Shown here piece by piece: positions 9,571 to 19,485 of a DNA stretch of 64,000 bases. Below the pieces are notes generated by a model. It was not told the DNA's origin and ran no database searches. It saw only the letters and a list, made by a program, of their open reading frames with translations. The DNA is taken from positions 17,314 through 81,313 of the forward strand of contig JBAWFE010000020.1 in the NCBI GenBank assembly GCA_049591595.1. Reading direction: 5' to 3'. The translations under genes and the position numbers were made by a program. The DNA comes from Candidatus Dormiibacterota bacterium (lineage in GTDB: Bacteria; Chloroflexota; Dormibacteria; Aeolococcales; Bog-877). Numbering within the stretch: position 1 is the stretch's first letter; each line of letters starts with the position of its first letter.

Positions 9571-10310
9571 TCACAAGTGATGACTGCTACTTTTCCCAGA
9601 ACGCCTTCGCGCCAACCGGACGTCCGACTGGGAGAGCGACCATGAGCACTGCCGCCGCGACCACGACGCCTCGGTTCACCACCTCTCAACTTGCGCTAAT
9701 CGCGTCGGCCGGGGTCGCCATCTATGTGCTCATCGACGTCGCCTTGGCCTTCCTGCGGCCAGACCTGAGTCTCCTGCACCGGGCTGAGAGCGACTACGGC
9801 GTGGGTTCGTACTCGTGGCTAATGGACATCAACTTCCTGATCCGGGGCTTTCTATCGCTGGCCCTCGCCTGGGCGCTGCTCAGGTTCGCCCCCGGGGCCA
9901 ACCGGCTGCGTACGGGAGTGGCCTTCCTGGCTGCCTGGGCAATCGGATCCGGGATCCTCGCCTTCTTCCCCGACGATCCGCCGGGGACGCCAGTTACTGC
10001 GGCCGGCCAGGTGCATCTGGTGGTGGCCCTGATCGCCTTCCTCTGTGCCGCGGTCGCCACCATCGCTCTTTCGGTGGGCAGCCGCCACTTCGACCAGCTC
10101 CGCTCGCTGTATCCGGTGCTGCTGGTTGTGTCAATCGCCGCGGTACTGCCCCTGCTGCTCCTGGGTCACACCAACTTTCGTCCCCACACTCTAGATGGGC
10201 TTTACGAGCGTCTCTTCTTGGGCCTTGAGCTTCTCTGGATCCTGATCGTCGGGCTGCGGCTCTATCGAACGTCACATCTCAGCCCAGGGGTGACCGCCGA
10301 CAGTCCATAA
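9564..10310 (+). CDS. integral membrane protein (multi-TM), unknown function
   Basis: 248 aa, several hydrophobic helices; divergent from MarR; alternative start at internal Met (MSTAAATTT) possible. Confidence 0.55.
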   Translation: MTVTSDDCYFSQNAFAPTGRPTGRATMSTAAATTTPRFTTSQLALIASAGVAIYVLIDVALAFLRPDLSLLHRAESDYGVGSYSWLMDINFLIRGFLSLALAWALLRFAPGANRLRTGVAFLAAWAIGSGILAFFPDDPPGTPVTAAGQVHLVVALIAFLCAAVATIALSVGSRHFDQLRSLYPVLLVVSIAAVLPLLLLGHTNFRPHTLDGLYERLFLGLELLWILIVGLRLYRTSHLSPGVTADSP

Positions 10311-10317
10311 TTCCGCC

Positions 10318-11172
10318 ATGCTTCGGCGGGCCCTGAACCGCCAGCCCCGGACTCGACAGCTGTGGGCGTCCGACTCTTCACTGGTCGAGGCCTGCCTGGA
10401 GGAGCACCCGCTGGACACCGTGTTCCTGCGCAGTGAGATCCGCCAGGGAGCTCTGCGCCAGGGTTCCCTGCTGGGGGTGGAACACACTCAGGGACGTCGC
10501 CTCCGGGGGGTGGTAATGCACGGTCCCCTGGTGGTTCCCTGGGCACCGGATCCGCGGGATCTGGATGCCCTGGCCAGAGCGCTCCGCCCCCATCTGCCCT
10601 GGATCCAGCTGATGGTCGGCCCGCAGGATCAGGTGGCGCGGCTCCAGGAGCAGTTGGGATCGCGACTACCCCCGGTCAGAACCCTCCGCGCCGTGCAACC
10701 CCACTACGCACTGGACAGGGGATCCGTGGCGCCCCCGCCGAGCGACCCTCCCCCGCTGCGGCGGGCCCGGACCGACGAGCTGGAACAGCTGGTGCGCGCC
10801 GGTGCCGCCATGCACTTGGAGGAGGTGGGCTTCGACCCCATGTCGGTCGACCCGTCGGGTTACCGCGAACGGGTGCTGGCGCTGATCCGCCGGGGCCGGC
10901 TGTACGTCTGGATGGAGCGGGAGCAGGTCGCCTTCAAGGCGGAGTGTTCGTCGGTGACGCCGGAGGCGGTGCAGCTTCAGGGTGTCTGGACCGATCCCGC
11001 CCTGCGGCGCCAGGGTCGCGCCACCCGGGCGATGGCAACTCTCTGCCACCAGTTGCTGGCGGACACCGAATGGGTAACTCTCTTCGTCAACGATTTCAAC
11101 GACACCGCAATTCGAATGTACGAACGCATTGGTTTCAGGCGCATCGGCAGCATGCGCACTGTCATTTTCTAA
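10318..11172 (+). CDS. GNAT family N-acetyltransferase with N-terminal extra domain
   Basis: 284 aa; C-terminal acetyl-CoA motif RRQGRATRAM and ..NDTAIRMYERIGFRRIG. Confidence 0.75.
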   Translation: MLRRALNRQPRTRQLWASDSSLVEACLEEHPLDTVFLRSEIRQGALRQGSLLGVEHTQGRRLRGVVMHGPLVVPWAPDPRDLDALARALRPHLPWIQLMVGPQDQVARLQEQLGSRLPPVRTLRAVQPHYALDRGSVAPPPSDPPPLRRARTDELEQLVRAGAAMHLEEVGFDPMSVDPSGYRERVLALIRRGRLYVWMEREQVAFKAECSSVTPEAVQLQGVWTDPALRRQGRATRAMATLCHQLLADTEWVTLFVNDFNDTAIRMYERIGFRRIGSMRTVIF

Positions 11173-11357
11173 GTGCCGACGACAAGGCGCCGCCGGTGCT
11201 CTGGACCGGGGTTCCGCGCCGGACTCGCCTGCCAACGCCGGTGCCGATGGTGACGTCGGTGATGTCCGGTGCTTTCGGAGTTCTGCTGAGCCAGGGGTCC
11301 GGGCAGGTCCGCCCAGCCGTCAGCGAGTTGCCTGGATCCGGCATCTCCTGATGGGCG

Positions 11358-12350
11358 TCACCCGGGAGGAATCTCAGCCATCAGCTCCCTGGCTCTTCGT
11401 CTGGCCAGGACCGGGCCACTCACCATCAAGATCACCCCGAGGGTGATCATTACCGCCGCCAGTCCCACCGCCGGGGTCAGGCCCTGGCCTAGGATCAGCC
11501 ACCCCAGAATCAGAGCCACCGCGGGATTGACGTAGGCATAAGTCGCCACGGTGGTCGAGGGCAGCACCTTGAGGGCATAGGTGTAGCAGGTGAAGCCGGC
11601 GATCGACCCTCCGGTGACCAGCCAGGCGAAGGCGAGCAGGGCCGGGGGACCGATGTGCGCCCAGTGCACCTGCGAGCCCTCCCCGGTGATCAAGCCGACC
11701 AGGATCAGGGCCAGGCCACCCACGATCATCTCCACTGCTGACACCAGCAGAACGTTGCGGGCCAGCGGAGCCCGCTGCGCGTAGAGCGAGCCGATGCTCC
11801 ATAGGACGGCCGCGCCCAGGAGGCCAGCGCCTGAGAGCAGGCTGATGTGGCCCCCGGCGGTGGGGTCCACAAGCACCGCGACTCCCCCCAGTCCCAGCAG
11901 CACACCCAACCAGCCGAGAGGCCCCGGGCGTCGGGTGCCCTTGAGTGAAAGCGCGATCAGCGCCATCCAAAGCGGAACAGTCGCGATCATCAGGGCGGCC
12001 AGCCCAGACGCCACCTTGACCTCCCCGAGCGACACCAGGCCGTTGCCGCCAAGCAGCAGGAAGAGCCCGACGACGGCCGCGCTCAGCGCCTCCTGCCGAG
12101 TGGGCCTGCTCCAGCGAACGGGCCGGCCCCGCCATCCGCCGGCCCGGCCCGCGAGCAGATAGAGCAGGAGTCCGGCCAACAGGTAGCGAGTGCCGGACAT
12201 CAGCAGAGCGGGGATGTACTTGACGGCGACCTGGATCCCGGTGTAGGTCGAGCCCCAAAGCAGATAGACCGCCACCAGCGCACCCCATGAGCGAAGGTTG
12301 GGGCTGCCGGAAATCCGAGCGCGAGCTTCGTTGACAGTCATGGAGAGCAA
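11358..12350 (-). CDS. DMT/EamA family transporter
   Basis: 330 aa, ~10 TM, duplicated EamA-like halves; divergent from Lrp regulator. Confidence 0.8.
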   Translation of the reverse strand: MLSMTVNEARARISGSPNLRSWGALVAVYLLWGSTYTGIQVAVKYIPALLMSGTRYLLAGLLLYLLAGRAGGWRGRPVRWSRPTRQEALSAAVVGLFLLLGGNGLVSLGEVKVASGLAALMIATVPLWMALIALSLKGTRRPGPLGWLGVLLGLGGVAVLVDPTAGGHISLLSGAGLLGAAVLWSIGSLYAQRAPLARNVLLVSAVEMIVGGLALILVGLITGEGSQVHWAHIGPPALLAFAWLVTGGSIAGFTCYTYALKVLPSTTVATYAYVNPAVALILGWLILGQGLTPAVGLAAVMITLGVILMVSGPVLARRRARELMAEIPPG

Positions 12351-12365
12351 ACTGACCTGTGCCTA

Positions 12366-12890
12366 ATGAACAGGGACAATTGTACGCCGCAAGCCATGAT
12401 TGCTAAGGTACAATCGGATCTCATGGACGACATCGATCGCGCCCTGCTTCGCGGCCTGGCCCGGGATGGTCGCAGCACCTATGCCGCCCTCGGGGAGCAG
12501 GTCGGGCTCTCCGCGCCCTCGGTTCACGACCGCGTACACAAGCTGGAAGCGGCCGGGGCGATCCTGGGGTATGCGGCCCAGGTGGCGCCGGCGGCGGTTG
12601 CGGCGGACACCGCCGCGCTGATCGCGCTGAGAACTCACGGCAACGCCAAAGAGCGGCTCCGGCTGGAGTCGGACCTCTCCCGCGAGCCGGCGGTGCTAGA
12701 GCTGCACGAGGTGGCGGGGGACGATTGCTACCTGGCCAAGGTGAGGATGCATTCCACCGCCGAACTGGCCGCGCTGCTGGCCCGGCTGCGCGAGGCTCAT
12801 CCGGGGCTCACCACGCGCTCCTCGGTGGTGCTGCGCTCGGTGTTCGAGCGGCCGCTACTGGGCGAGACCGACGACCAGACTTTGAGCTAG
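12366..12890 (+). CDS. Lrp/AsnC family transcriptional regulator
   Basis: MDDIDRALLRGLARDGRSTYAALGEQVGLSAPSVHDRVHKLE HTH plus C-terminal RAM domain; true start may be the internal Met at ~12396 or ~12423. Confidence 0.8.
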   Translation: MNRDNCTPQAMIAKVQSDLMDDIDRALLRGLARDGRSTYAALGEQVGLSAPSVHDRVHKLEAAGAILGYAAQVAPAAVAADTAALIALRTHGNAKERLRLESDLSREPAVLELHEVAGDDCYLAKVRMHSTAELAALLARLREAHPGLTTRSSVVLRSVFERPLLGETDDQTLS

Positions 12891-12938
12891 CGGTCGCTCA
12901 GTCGGCTTGGTCCCGGGAGACGGTGGCTCCAGGAACTC

Positions 12939-13820
12939 TCAGTACTCGTCCTCAGGGCGCACGTCCTCGTCGACGTCGTCGGGCTCAGCCTCCTCGGCAA
13001 CCTCTTCGAACTCGCCAAAGCTCTCCTCGAGCTCGTCCGGGGTCGGCTCCGGGGCGGGAGCCAAGGGGTCATCCTCCTCGTCGACGATGGAGGGGGGCTC
13101 CTCGTCTCGGGAGACCACCGCCTCCTTGGCGTACGGTCGGTAGCTGATCTCCCGGACCTTGCGGACCGGGAAGGAGTTGGTGCCGGCGAGCTCCGGTGCC
13201 TGATAAACCTCCCGCAGGATCACCTGGACACCCGACCCATCCACATGGGTCACCGCTCCCGCGTACCGGTTCCCGCTCTTGCTCAGCTTGATGATCCGCT
13301 GGGAGAGTCGTGGCTCGACCCCTCCCAGGTCGATGCCGCGCATGGTCCTGACCCCCACCTGGTCATCACCTACCTCGACCTTGATGGGGTCGCCCGGCGC
13401 GATGGCCGCGGGATCCACTCCCTTGGCCAGGACCAGCTTGGTGATCGCGGTCTTTCCCGGTTCGTCGGTGAAGATGGCCACGTCAACCGAGGCCGCCACC
13501 GGCGCGACCTTGGCTTTCGCGGAACCCCGCTCCTGGAGCTTGGCCAACTGTCGCCTGGCGATCTGGTTGCCCGGATTCGCCTCCAGGGTCGCCGTGTAGG
13601 CGGCTTCGGCCTCCGCCAATCGGCCGAGCTCCAAGAGCGCCTTGCCGCGCCGGTTGCAGATGTCCTCGTCGGCGCCGAAGCGCTCGATCAGGTCGTCATT
13701 GACCGCAAGCGCCTCCTGCCAGCGGCTTGCCAGAGCCAGCCGGATCGCGTCTTCGGCGGCTTGGATCTTTGATTTGGGGATTTCACCAACATCAGCCAAG
13801 GCTGCCGTTCTCCTCATCAA
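12939..13820 (-). CDS. hypothetical protein: TPR-like N-terminus, central beta-rich domain, ~60-aa poly-acidic C-terminal tail
   Basis: 293 aa; ends ...DEEDDPLAPAPEPTPDELEESFGEFEEVAEEAEPDDVDEDVRPEDEY. Confidence 0.5.
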   Translation of the reverse strand: MMRRTAALADVGEIPKSKIQAAEDAIRLALASRWQEALAVNDDLIERFGADEDICNRRGKALLELGRLAEAEAAYTATLEANPGNQIARRQLAKLQERGSAKAKVAPVAASVDVAIFTDEPGKTAITKLVLAKGVDPAAIAPGDPIKVEVGDDQVGVRTMRGIDLGGVEPRLSQRIIKLSKSGNRYAGAVTHVDGSGVQVILREVYQAPELAGTNSFPVRKVREISYRPYAKEAVVSRDEEPPSIVDEEDDPLAPAPEPTPDELEESFGEFEEVAEEAEPDDVDEDVRPEDEY

Positions 13821-14018
13821 AGATGGCCGGGGCGTGGGTGCCGGAGGGGCAGAATAACTGTTGTTGGGATCCGCCCCGGAGCCGTCCGATCCCGCGTGGC
13901 GGCGCGCTGTTGACCGGTCTCACCCCTGAGGCGTTGCAAGCCGCCATATGATACCGACAGGCTGCCACAATGCCGGCCGCTCAGATGGCCTGCTGCTCAG
14001 CCGAGGTCCCCCCACGCA

Positions 14019-14819
14019 ATGCCGTCCAACAACCACAAGCGCAAAGGTGTCCAGATCCTGGCCGTCGCCAACCAGAAGGGCGGGGTTGGGAAGACCACAA
14101 CCGCGGTAAATCTGGCCAGCGCCCTAGCCGAGCGGGGGGTCAGGGTCCTGGCGGTCGACCTCGATCCCCAGGGCCACCTGACGGTCAACATGGGGGTCGC
14201 CCATCCCGACGAACTGCGGGTAACTGTTTACGACATGCTCTGCGAGCATCAGGTGTCGGCGGCGGACGTGCGGCTGCACTCGCCCGGGGTGGGGGTGGAC
14301 TTCCTGCCATCCAACGTTGAGCTGGCGGGAGCTGAGCTGCAGCTGGTCACCGAGATCGGCCGGGAGTCGGTGCTGCTGGAGAAACTGACCCCCATCCTCC
14401 CCGACTACGACTACGTAATCATCGACTGCCCGCCATCGTTGGGGCTGCTCTGCATCAATGCCCTGGTCGCCGCCACCGCGGTGGTCATCCCCCTGCAGTG
14501 CGAGTACTTCGGCATGAAGGGGATGGAACAGCTGCAGCGCACCATCGAGCGGGTCCGGGTCAAGCTCAATCCCCAGCTGCGGATTCACGGCATTCTCCCG
14601 ACCATCCACAAAGGTCGCACCGTGCACGCCAACGAGGTGCTGAACGACGTGCAGTCGCACTTCGGCGATCTGGTATACCCGTTCCAGGTCTCCGACAGCA
14701 TTCGCTTCGCCGAGTGCCCTCTGGCTGGCCAGTCGATCCTCCAATACGCCAGCGAGTCCGACGGCGCGGCGGCCTACCGCCGGCTGGCCGACGCGGTGCT
14801 CTCCCAGGGGGGCCACTGA
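14019..14819 (+). CDS. ParA/Soj family ATPase (orphan)
   Basis: 266 aa; deviant Walker A ANQKGGVGKTTTAVNLA, DLDPQG, complete ParA fold; no parB nearby. Confidence 0.85.
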   Translation: MPSNNHKRKGVQILAVANQKGGVGKTTTAVNLASALAERGVRVLAVDLDPQGHLTVNMGVAHPDELRVTVYDMLCEHQVSAADVRLHSPGVGVDFLPSNVELAGAELQLVTEIGRESVLLEKLTPILPDYDYVIIDCPPSLGLLCINALVAATAVVIPLQCEYFGMKGMEQLQRTIERVRVKLNPQLRIHGILPTIHKGRTVHANEVLNDVQSHFGDLVYPFQVSDSIRFAECPLAGQSILQYASESDGAAAYRRLADAVLSQGGH

Positions 14820-14820
14820 G

Positions 14821-15198
14821 ATGGCTTTCAAGCGCGCCAGCCTGAGCGGGTCAGCTCAGCTCTTCCAGCCCACCAAAGTGCCCGCCGGGGACCGGCCCGA
14901 TGCCCCAGACGAGCCAATCCCACTGCGCAGCCGACCAGCGGTACCTTCCCTGTTGGACGACGACCCGGAGGAGAGCGACCGGGGACCGGTGCTGGTCTCC
15001 GAGATCCCCAGCATTCCATTGCCCCACGGGCATCTCTACCGCCTCAGCGACGATGAGGTGGAGCTGCTCTTGGGAGCTCTCCAGCACGCCAAATTCCCCC
15101 ACTCCTACCAGCGTCTGCCCAAACCAGCGATGGACGAGTTCGAGCAGCTGGAGGCGCTGCGCCAGAAGATCGCGGACCAGCGCGAGGCGAGCGGCTGA
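14821..15198 (+). CDS. small acidic Pro-rich protein translationally coupled to ParA (candidate ParA partner/adaptor)
   Basis: 125 aa; start 2 nt after ParA stop; basic N-terminal tip MAFKRAS then low-complexity acidic region. Confidence 0.5.
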   Translation: MAFKRASLSGSAQLFQPTKVPAGDRPDAPDEPIPLRSRPAVPSLLDDDPEESDRGPVLVSEIPSIPLPHGHLYRLSDDEVELLLGALQHAKFPHSYQRLPKPAMDEFEQLEALRQKIADQREASG

Positions 15199-15272
15199 GC
15201 CCGGAGACGCCTCGCCCGCGACTCCAGATCGCCAGGGTCCGGGTCACCGGCACCGCCGAGACCAACTGCTAC

Positions 15273-15809
15273 GTGGTCGCCTGCGCCAGAAGCAAGGAGG
15301 CGGTGGTGATCGACCCCGGCGCCGACGCTGCCAAGATCATCGAGCAGTGCCAGGGGCTGACGGTAAAGCACCTCTGCTGCAGCCACGGCCACCGCAACCA
15401 CGCCACTGCCAAAGAGGAGGTCAAGGCCTCGGTCGGCGGTGCGACGGCGCTCAGCCTGTTCGACGCCAAGGCGTATCTCCGTTCCGCCGACCACTACCTC
15501 AACGACGGGGACCGGCTGCCGTTCGGCGACTTCGAGCTCGAGGTCATCTCGACCCCCGGGCACAGCCCGGGCTCGCTCTGCTTCAAGGTGGGCAACCACC
15601 TCTTCACCGGGGACACCCTGCTCCAGGGCAACATCGGAAAGACCGACCTGCCCGACGTGGACCTCTCGAAGCAGCTGGTCAGCGTGCTCTCGCGGCTGCT
15701 CAGCTTGCCCGAAAACACCGTCATCTATCCTGGCCATGGCGCCACCACCACAGTGGGTCAGGAGAGGCGGGAGAACGTGGCTGTGCAGATGCTGCGCCAG
15801 GTCGGCTGA
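15273..15809 (+). CDS. MBL-fold metallo-hydrolase (small)
   Basis: 178 aa; SHGHRNHA...VISTPGHSPGS...GHG motifs. Confidence 0.75.
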   Translation: MVACARSKEAVVIDPGADAAKIIEQCQGLTVKHLCCSHGHRNHATAKEEVKASVGGATALSLFDAKAYLRSADHYLNDGDRLPFGDFELEVISTPGHSPGSLCFKVGNHLFTGDTLLQGNIGKTDLPDVDLSKQLVSVLSRLLSLPENTVIYPGHGATTTVGQERRENVAVQMLRQVG

Positions 15810-15941
15810 CCGGACAACTCAACTGGCTGATGGCGCCCCGAGCGGGGGTCTTGTCTGCCCCTGAGTGGTGGGGGGAGAATGCCGGGTAGCTTCATCCCAG
15901 CTCAGCCGAAGTCGGGTTGGCCCGCAACTAGACTTACCAGC

Positions 15942-16238
15942 ATGGTGATCGGCAGTCTGGTGCTGACCCTGCACCTGCCGCAGAGCCAGTCCCTCAAGGA
16001 CAAACGCCAGGTGGTCAGCTCGCTCACCCACCGGGTCAGGCGCACCTTCAACGTGGCGGTGGCCGAGGTCGAGAGCCTGGACGCCTGGCAGCTGGCCGTT
16101 GTCGGGGTCGCCTGCGTCAGCAATGACCGGCGCCACGCCGAGGAAATGCTCAACAAGGTGGCCAATTGGGTCGCTGAAGACGGCGGCCGGGGAGAGGCTC
16201 TGCTGACCCACCAAGACATCGAGCTGATTCAGGCGTGA
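15942..16238 (+). CDS. DUF503 (YlxP-like) protein
   Basis: MVIGSLVLTLHLPQSQSLKDKRQVVSSLTHRVRRTFNVAVAEV typical of DUF503; ORF track starts at 15879, internal Met preferred. Confidence 0.65.
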   Translation: MVIGSLVLTLHLPQSQSLKDKRQVVSSLTHRVRRTFNVAVAEVESLDAWQLAVVGVACVSNDRRHAEEMLNKVANWVAEDGGRGEALLTHQDIELIQA

Positions 16239-17080
16239 GCCCGGTGATCGGCGTGATTCAGATCGGTGTCGACCCGGTCTTTCACCTGGGACCACTGGCG
16301 ATCCACTGGTACGGGGTCGGGTACGCGGTGGCGATCCTGGTGGGCCTCCAGGTGTCCCTCCCCTACGCGGAGCGCCACGGGATTCCCCGGGCCAAGACCG
16401 GCTGGATCGCCTTCTGGACCATCGTGCTGGCGCTGATTGGCGGCCGGCTCTTCTACGACCTCCAGTCCGGCGCCGGGTACTACTTCACCCACCCGTTGGA
16501 GACCTTCGCCGTCTGGCAGGGGGGGATGGCTTTCTTCGGGGCGATCTTCCTGGGCAGCGCCACCTTGCTCTTCATGGCCTGGCGCGAGCGGGTGAACTTC
16601 TGGGTGCTGCTGGACGCCGCCGCCCTCTTCGCCTGCGTCGGCCAGCCGATCGGCCGGATCGGCAACATCATTAACGGGGACATCCTGGGCTATCCCTCCA
16701 ACTTGCCCTGGGCGACCGCCTACACCAACCTCAACAGCTTCGCGCCCCGGTTGGGCGTCGCCTACCAGCCGGCGGCCGCCTATGAGGCGCTGGTGATCCT
16801 GCTAGTTCTGGGCTTCCTGATCTGGCTGCGTCGCCGCGGGGTGGCTGACGGAATCGCGGGGATCGCCTATCTGATCCTCTATCCGATCACTCAGATCGGG
16901 ATCTTCTTTTTGCGCAATCCGGTCAACGTCCCGGTGATCGCCTTCGGCCTCAAGCAGGCCCAGCTGACCGCCCTGGGCGTATTGATAATCGGCACGCCGC
17001 TCCTGGTCATCGCATGGCGCCGCACCAACCGGCGATCGGAAGGGGTCCAGGGCGCCCTCGCCGAGCCACCCACCGCTTGA
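16235..17080 (+). CDS. lgt: prolipoprotein diacylglyceryl transferase
   Basis: 281 aa; Lgt signature GQPIGRIGNIINGDILGYPSNLPWA and HWYGVGYAVAILVG. Confidence 0.85.
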   Translation: MSPVIGVIQIGVDPVFHLGPLAIHWYGVGYAVAILVGLQVSLPYAERHGIPRAKTGWIAFWTIVLALIGGRLFYDLQSGAGYYFTHPLETFAVWQGGMAFFGAIFLGSATLLFMAWRERVNFWVLLDAAALFACVGQPIGRIGNIINGDILGYPSNLPWATAYTNLNSFAPRLGVAYQPAAAYEALVILLVLGFLIWLRRRGVADGIAGIAYLILYPITQIGIFFLRNPVNVPVIAFGLKQAQLTALGVLIIGTPLLVIAWRRTNRRSEGVQGALAEPPTA

Positions 17081-17133
17081 GCGAGGAGACCACCCGAGGG
17101 CTGGAGGCCTTTCAGCGCACCCTGCCCTTCCAG

Positions 17134-19485
17134 ATGGATCCATTCCAGCGGCAGGCGATCCAGGCCCTGGAGCTGCATCAGGGTGTCCTGGTCAGCGCGC
17201 CCACCTCGAGCGGGAAGACGGTGGTGGCGGAGTGGGCGATCTGGCGCTGCCTCCAGCAGGGGGGCACAGCCGGCGGGGAGCGGGTGCTCTACACCTCCCC
17301 GCTCAAGGCGCTCTCCAACCAAAAGTTCGGTGATCTCTGCCGTCGCTACGGCGAGGAGAACGTGGGGCTGGTGACCGGCGAGACCTCGATCCGGCCCTTC
17401 GCCAAGGTGGTGGTGATGACCACCGAGATCCTGCGCAATCTGGTGTACGACGACCCGCTCTCCCTGGAGCGGGTCTCCTGGGTGATCCTGGACGAGATCC
17501 ACTACATCGACGAGTACCCGAGGGGGACGGTCTGGGAGGAGGTGATCGTCCAGGCGCCGCAGCACATCAAGTTCATCGGGCTCTCCGCGACAATCACCAA
17601 CGTCGACGAGGTGGCCGCCTGGATGACCGAGCGCCGGGGCCAGATGGCGGTGGTGGTGCGGCAGGAGCGCCCGGTCGAGCTCCGCACCTGGCTCGGGATG
17701 CGCAATCAACTGCTGCCGCTGCTGGACTCCGAGGGACGGCTCGACCGTCGCACCCTGGAGCGGGCCCAGGAGGATCGCAGCGGGGATCGGCGGATGGGTG
17801 GGGGCCGCCTGGCCTGGGCTTCGGAGAACGACATGCTCCGGATCCTTGACCAGCTGGCGGAGCAGGAGATGCTGCCGGCGATCTACTTCATCTTCTCCAG
17901 GAGAGGCTGCCGGGAGGCGCTCGCCCGCTGCAGCACTCACCGGGTCGACTTCACCTCCCTGCAGCAGAAGTTTCAAATCGACGAGGTGCTGGCAGCGCGG
18001 CTGGCCCAGGTGGAGGATCCGGACGAGGCGGAGCTGTATGCACGCTCGCTCTCGATGGACCTGCTCCGGCGGGGGATCGCGATGCACCACGCCGGCCTCC
18101 TGCCCTACGTCAAGGAGACGATCGAGGAGCTCTTCCAGAGGGGGCTGCTCCAGGTGGTGTTCGCCACCGAGACCTTGGCCCTCGGTCTCAACATGCCGGC
18201 CCGGGCCTGCGTCATCTCGACCTTCACCAAATTCGACGGCCAGGGCTTCGCGGCGCTGCGGAGCGGTCAGCTGGCCCAGCTCCTGGGCCGAGCCGGAAGA
18301 AGAGGGATCGACTCCATCGGCCACGGGGTGATCCTGCGCGACCCAGAGGTGGACCTGGGGGTGATCTGCGAGACGTTGCTGGGCAACGACATGGCTGTCG
18401 AGTCCAAGTTCGCACCCACCTACAACATGACCCTGAACCTCCTCCGGCGGCACACCCCTCAGGAAGCGGAGGAGCTCCTGGAACAGTCCTTCGGGCAGTA
18501 CCAGCGCATCCGTGCTCTGGACAACCTGAAGGAGCGCCGACCCAACCTGGAGGCCCGGCTGGAGGACCTCCGCCAGCGCCGCTTCCGGCATCCCAAGATC
18601 ACCTGCACCGAGCGGACCCTGAGCCAGTTCCTGGGGGCCCGGAACGGGCTGGACCAGGCCCGCGAGGAGTCCAGGAAACTGCGCCGGCAGCACTTCCGGG
18701 ACCGCCGCCGGGGCCGCTTCGGGGATGGCACCCAGGACCCGGCGGGGAGATTGGAGCGGCTCCGGCGCACGATCCGCCAGGAAGAGCGTCGGCTCGCGGC
18801 GTCCCCATGTCCTGCCTGTCCGCTCCTCTCCGACCATCTGGCGAGCCGCCGGGAGCTTGACGAGATCCGAGTGGAGCTGGAGGGAGCCGAGGCTTCTGCA
18901 AAGGCGCGGGAGCATGAGTACCGCACCCAGCTGCAGGCCTACCGCTCGGTTCTGGCCCAGCTGGGATACCTAGCCCAGGATCGGCCTACCCGGCTGGGTC
19001 TGCTAGCGGCGGCGGTCTACGGCGAGAACACCCTGCTGGTCTCCCAGACAGTGGCTGACGGCTGGCTGGACGAGATGTCCCCGGAGGAGATCTGCGGCAC
19101 CTTGGTGATGCTGGCCGCCGAGGACCGCAACCCGGACCGTCCCAGTGGCAAGCGGCGGATGCCGACCGCCCGGCTGGAGAAGGTCGCCCGGCGCCTACGC
19201 CAGGCTCAGCGCGAGCTGGCCGAAACCGAGGCTGAGTGGGGCCTTTCGGAGAGCCGCAGCCCCTCTTTGGACTACGTCGACTACGTGTACAACTGGGCTC
19301 GCGGCGTCCCGCTAACCGAGCTGCAACCGCCTGCCGGAGTGGACACGGGGGACGCGCTTCGGGCGACCAAATCGGGCTACGCTCTGGCCCGCCAGTTGGA
19401 GCAGGGGCTGGCCGGATGGTCGCTGCAGGGAGCGGTCGGCAAGGCCCGGCAGAGCCTGGAGCGAGACCTGGTCCGGCGGCTGTGA
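17134..19485 (+). CDS. Ski2-like DEAD/DEAH-box helicase (HelY/Lhr-like)
   Basis: Motif I APTSSGKTVVAEWAI, DEIHYIDE, SAT, HHAGL; ORF track start 17014 overlaps lgt, so the Met at 17134 (MDPFQRQAIQ) is preferred. Confidence 0.8.
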   Translation: MDPFQRQAIQALELHQGVLVSAPTSSGKTVVAEWAIWRCLQQGGTAGGERVLYTSPLKALSNQKFGDLCRRYGEENVGLVTGETSIRPFAKVVVMTTEILRNLVYDDPLSLERVSWVILDEIHYIDEYPRGTVWEEVIVQAPQHIKFIGLSATITNVDEVAAWMTERRGQMAVVVRQERPVELRTWLGMRNQLLPLLDSEGRLDRRTLERAQEDRSGDRRMGGGRLAWASENDMLRILDQLAEQEMLPAIYFIFSRRGCREALARCSTHRVDFTSLQQKFQIDEVLAARLAQVEDPDEAELYARSLSMDLLRRGIAMHHAGLLPYVKETIEELFQRGLLQVVFATETLALGLNMPARACVISTFTKFDGQGFAALRSGQLAQLLGRAGRRGIDSIGHGVILRDPEVDLGVICETLLGNDMAVESKFAPTYNMTLNLLRRHTPQEAEELLEQSFGQYQRIRALDNLKERRPNLEARLEDLRQRRFRHPKITCTERTLSQFLGARNGLDQAREESRKLRRQHFRDRRRGRFGDGTQDPAGRLERLRRTIRQEERRLAASPCPACPLLSDHLASRRELDEIRVELEGAEASAKAREHEYRTQLQAYRSVLAQLGYLAQDRPTRLGLLAAAVYGENTLLVSQTVADGWLDEMSPEEICGTLVMLAAEDRNPDRPSGKRRMPTARLEKVARRLRQAQRELAETEAEWGLSESRSPSLDYVDYVYNWARGVPLTELQPPAGVDTGDALRATKSGYALARQLEQGLAGWSLQGAVGKARQSLERDLVRRL

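Noticed and set aside
11374-12288. 304-aa alternative-frame ORF inside the EamA transporter gene
   Set aside because: Arg/Gly/Pro-rich, no TM helices or motifs. The other frame gives a coherent 10-TM transporter.
16891-18915. 674-aa minus-strand ORF antisense to the helicase
   Set aside because: Pro/Gly/Leu/Glu-rich low-complexity translation typical of antisense frames in high-GC DNA. Fully overlaps a well-supported helicase gene.
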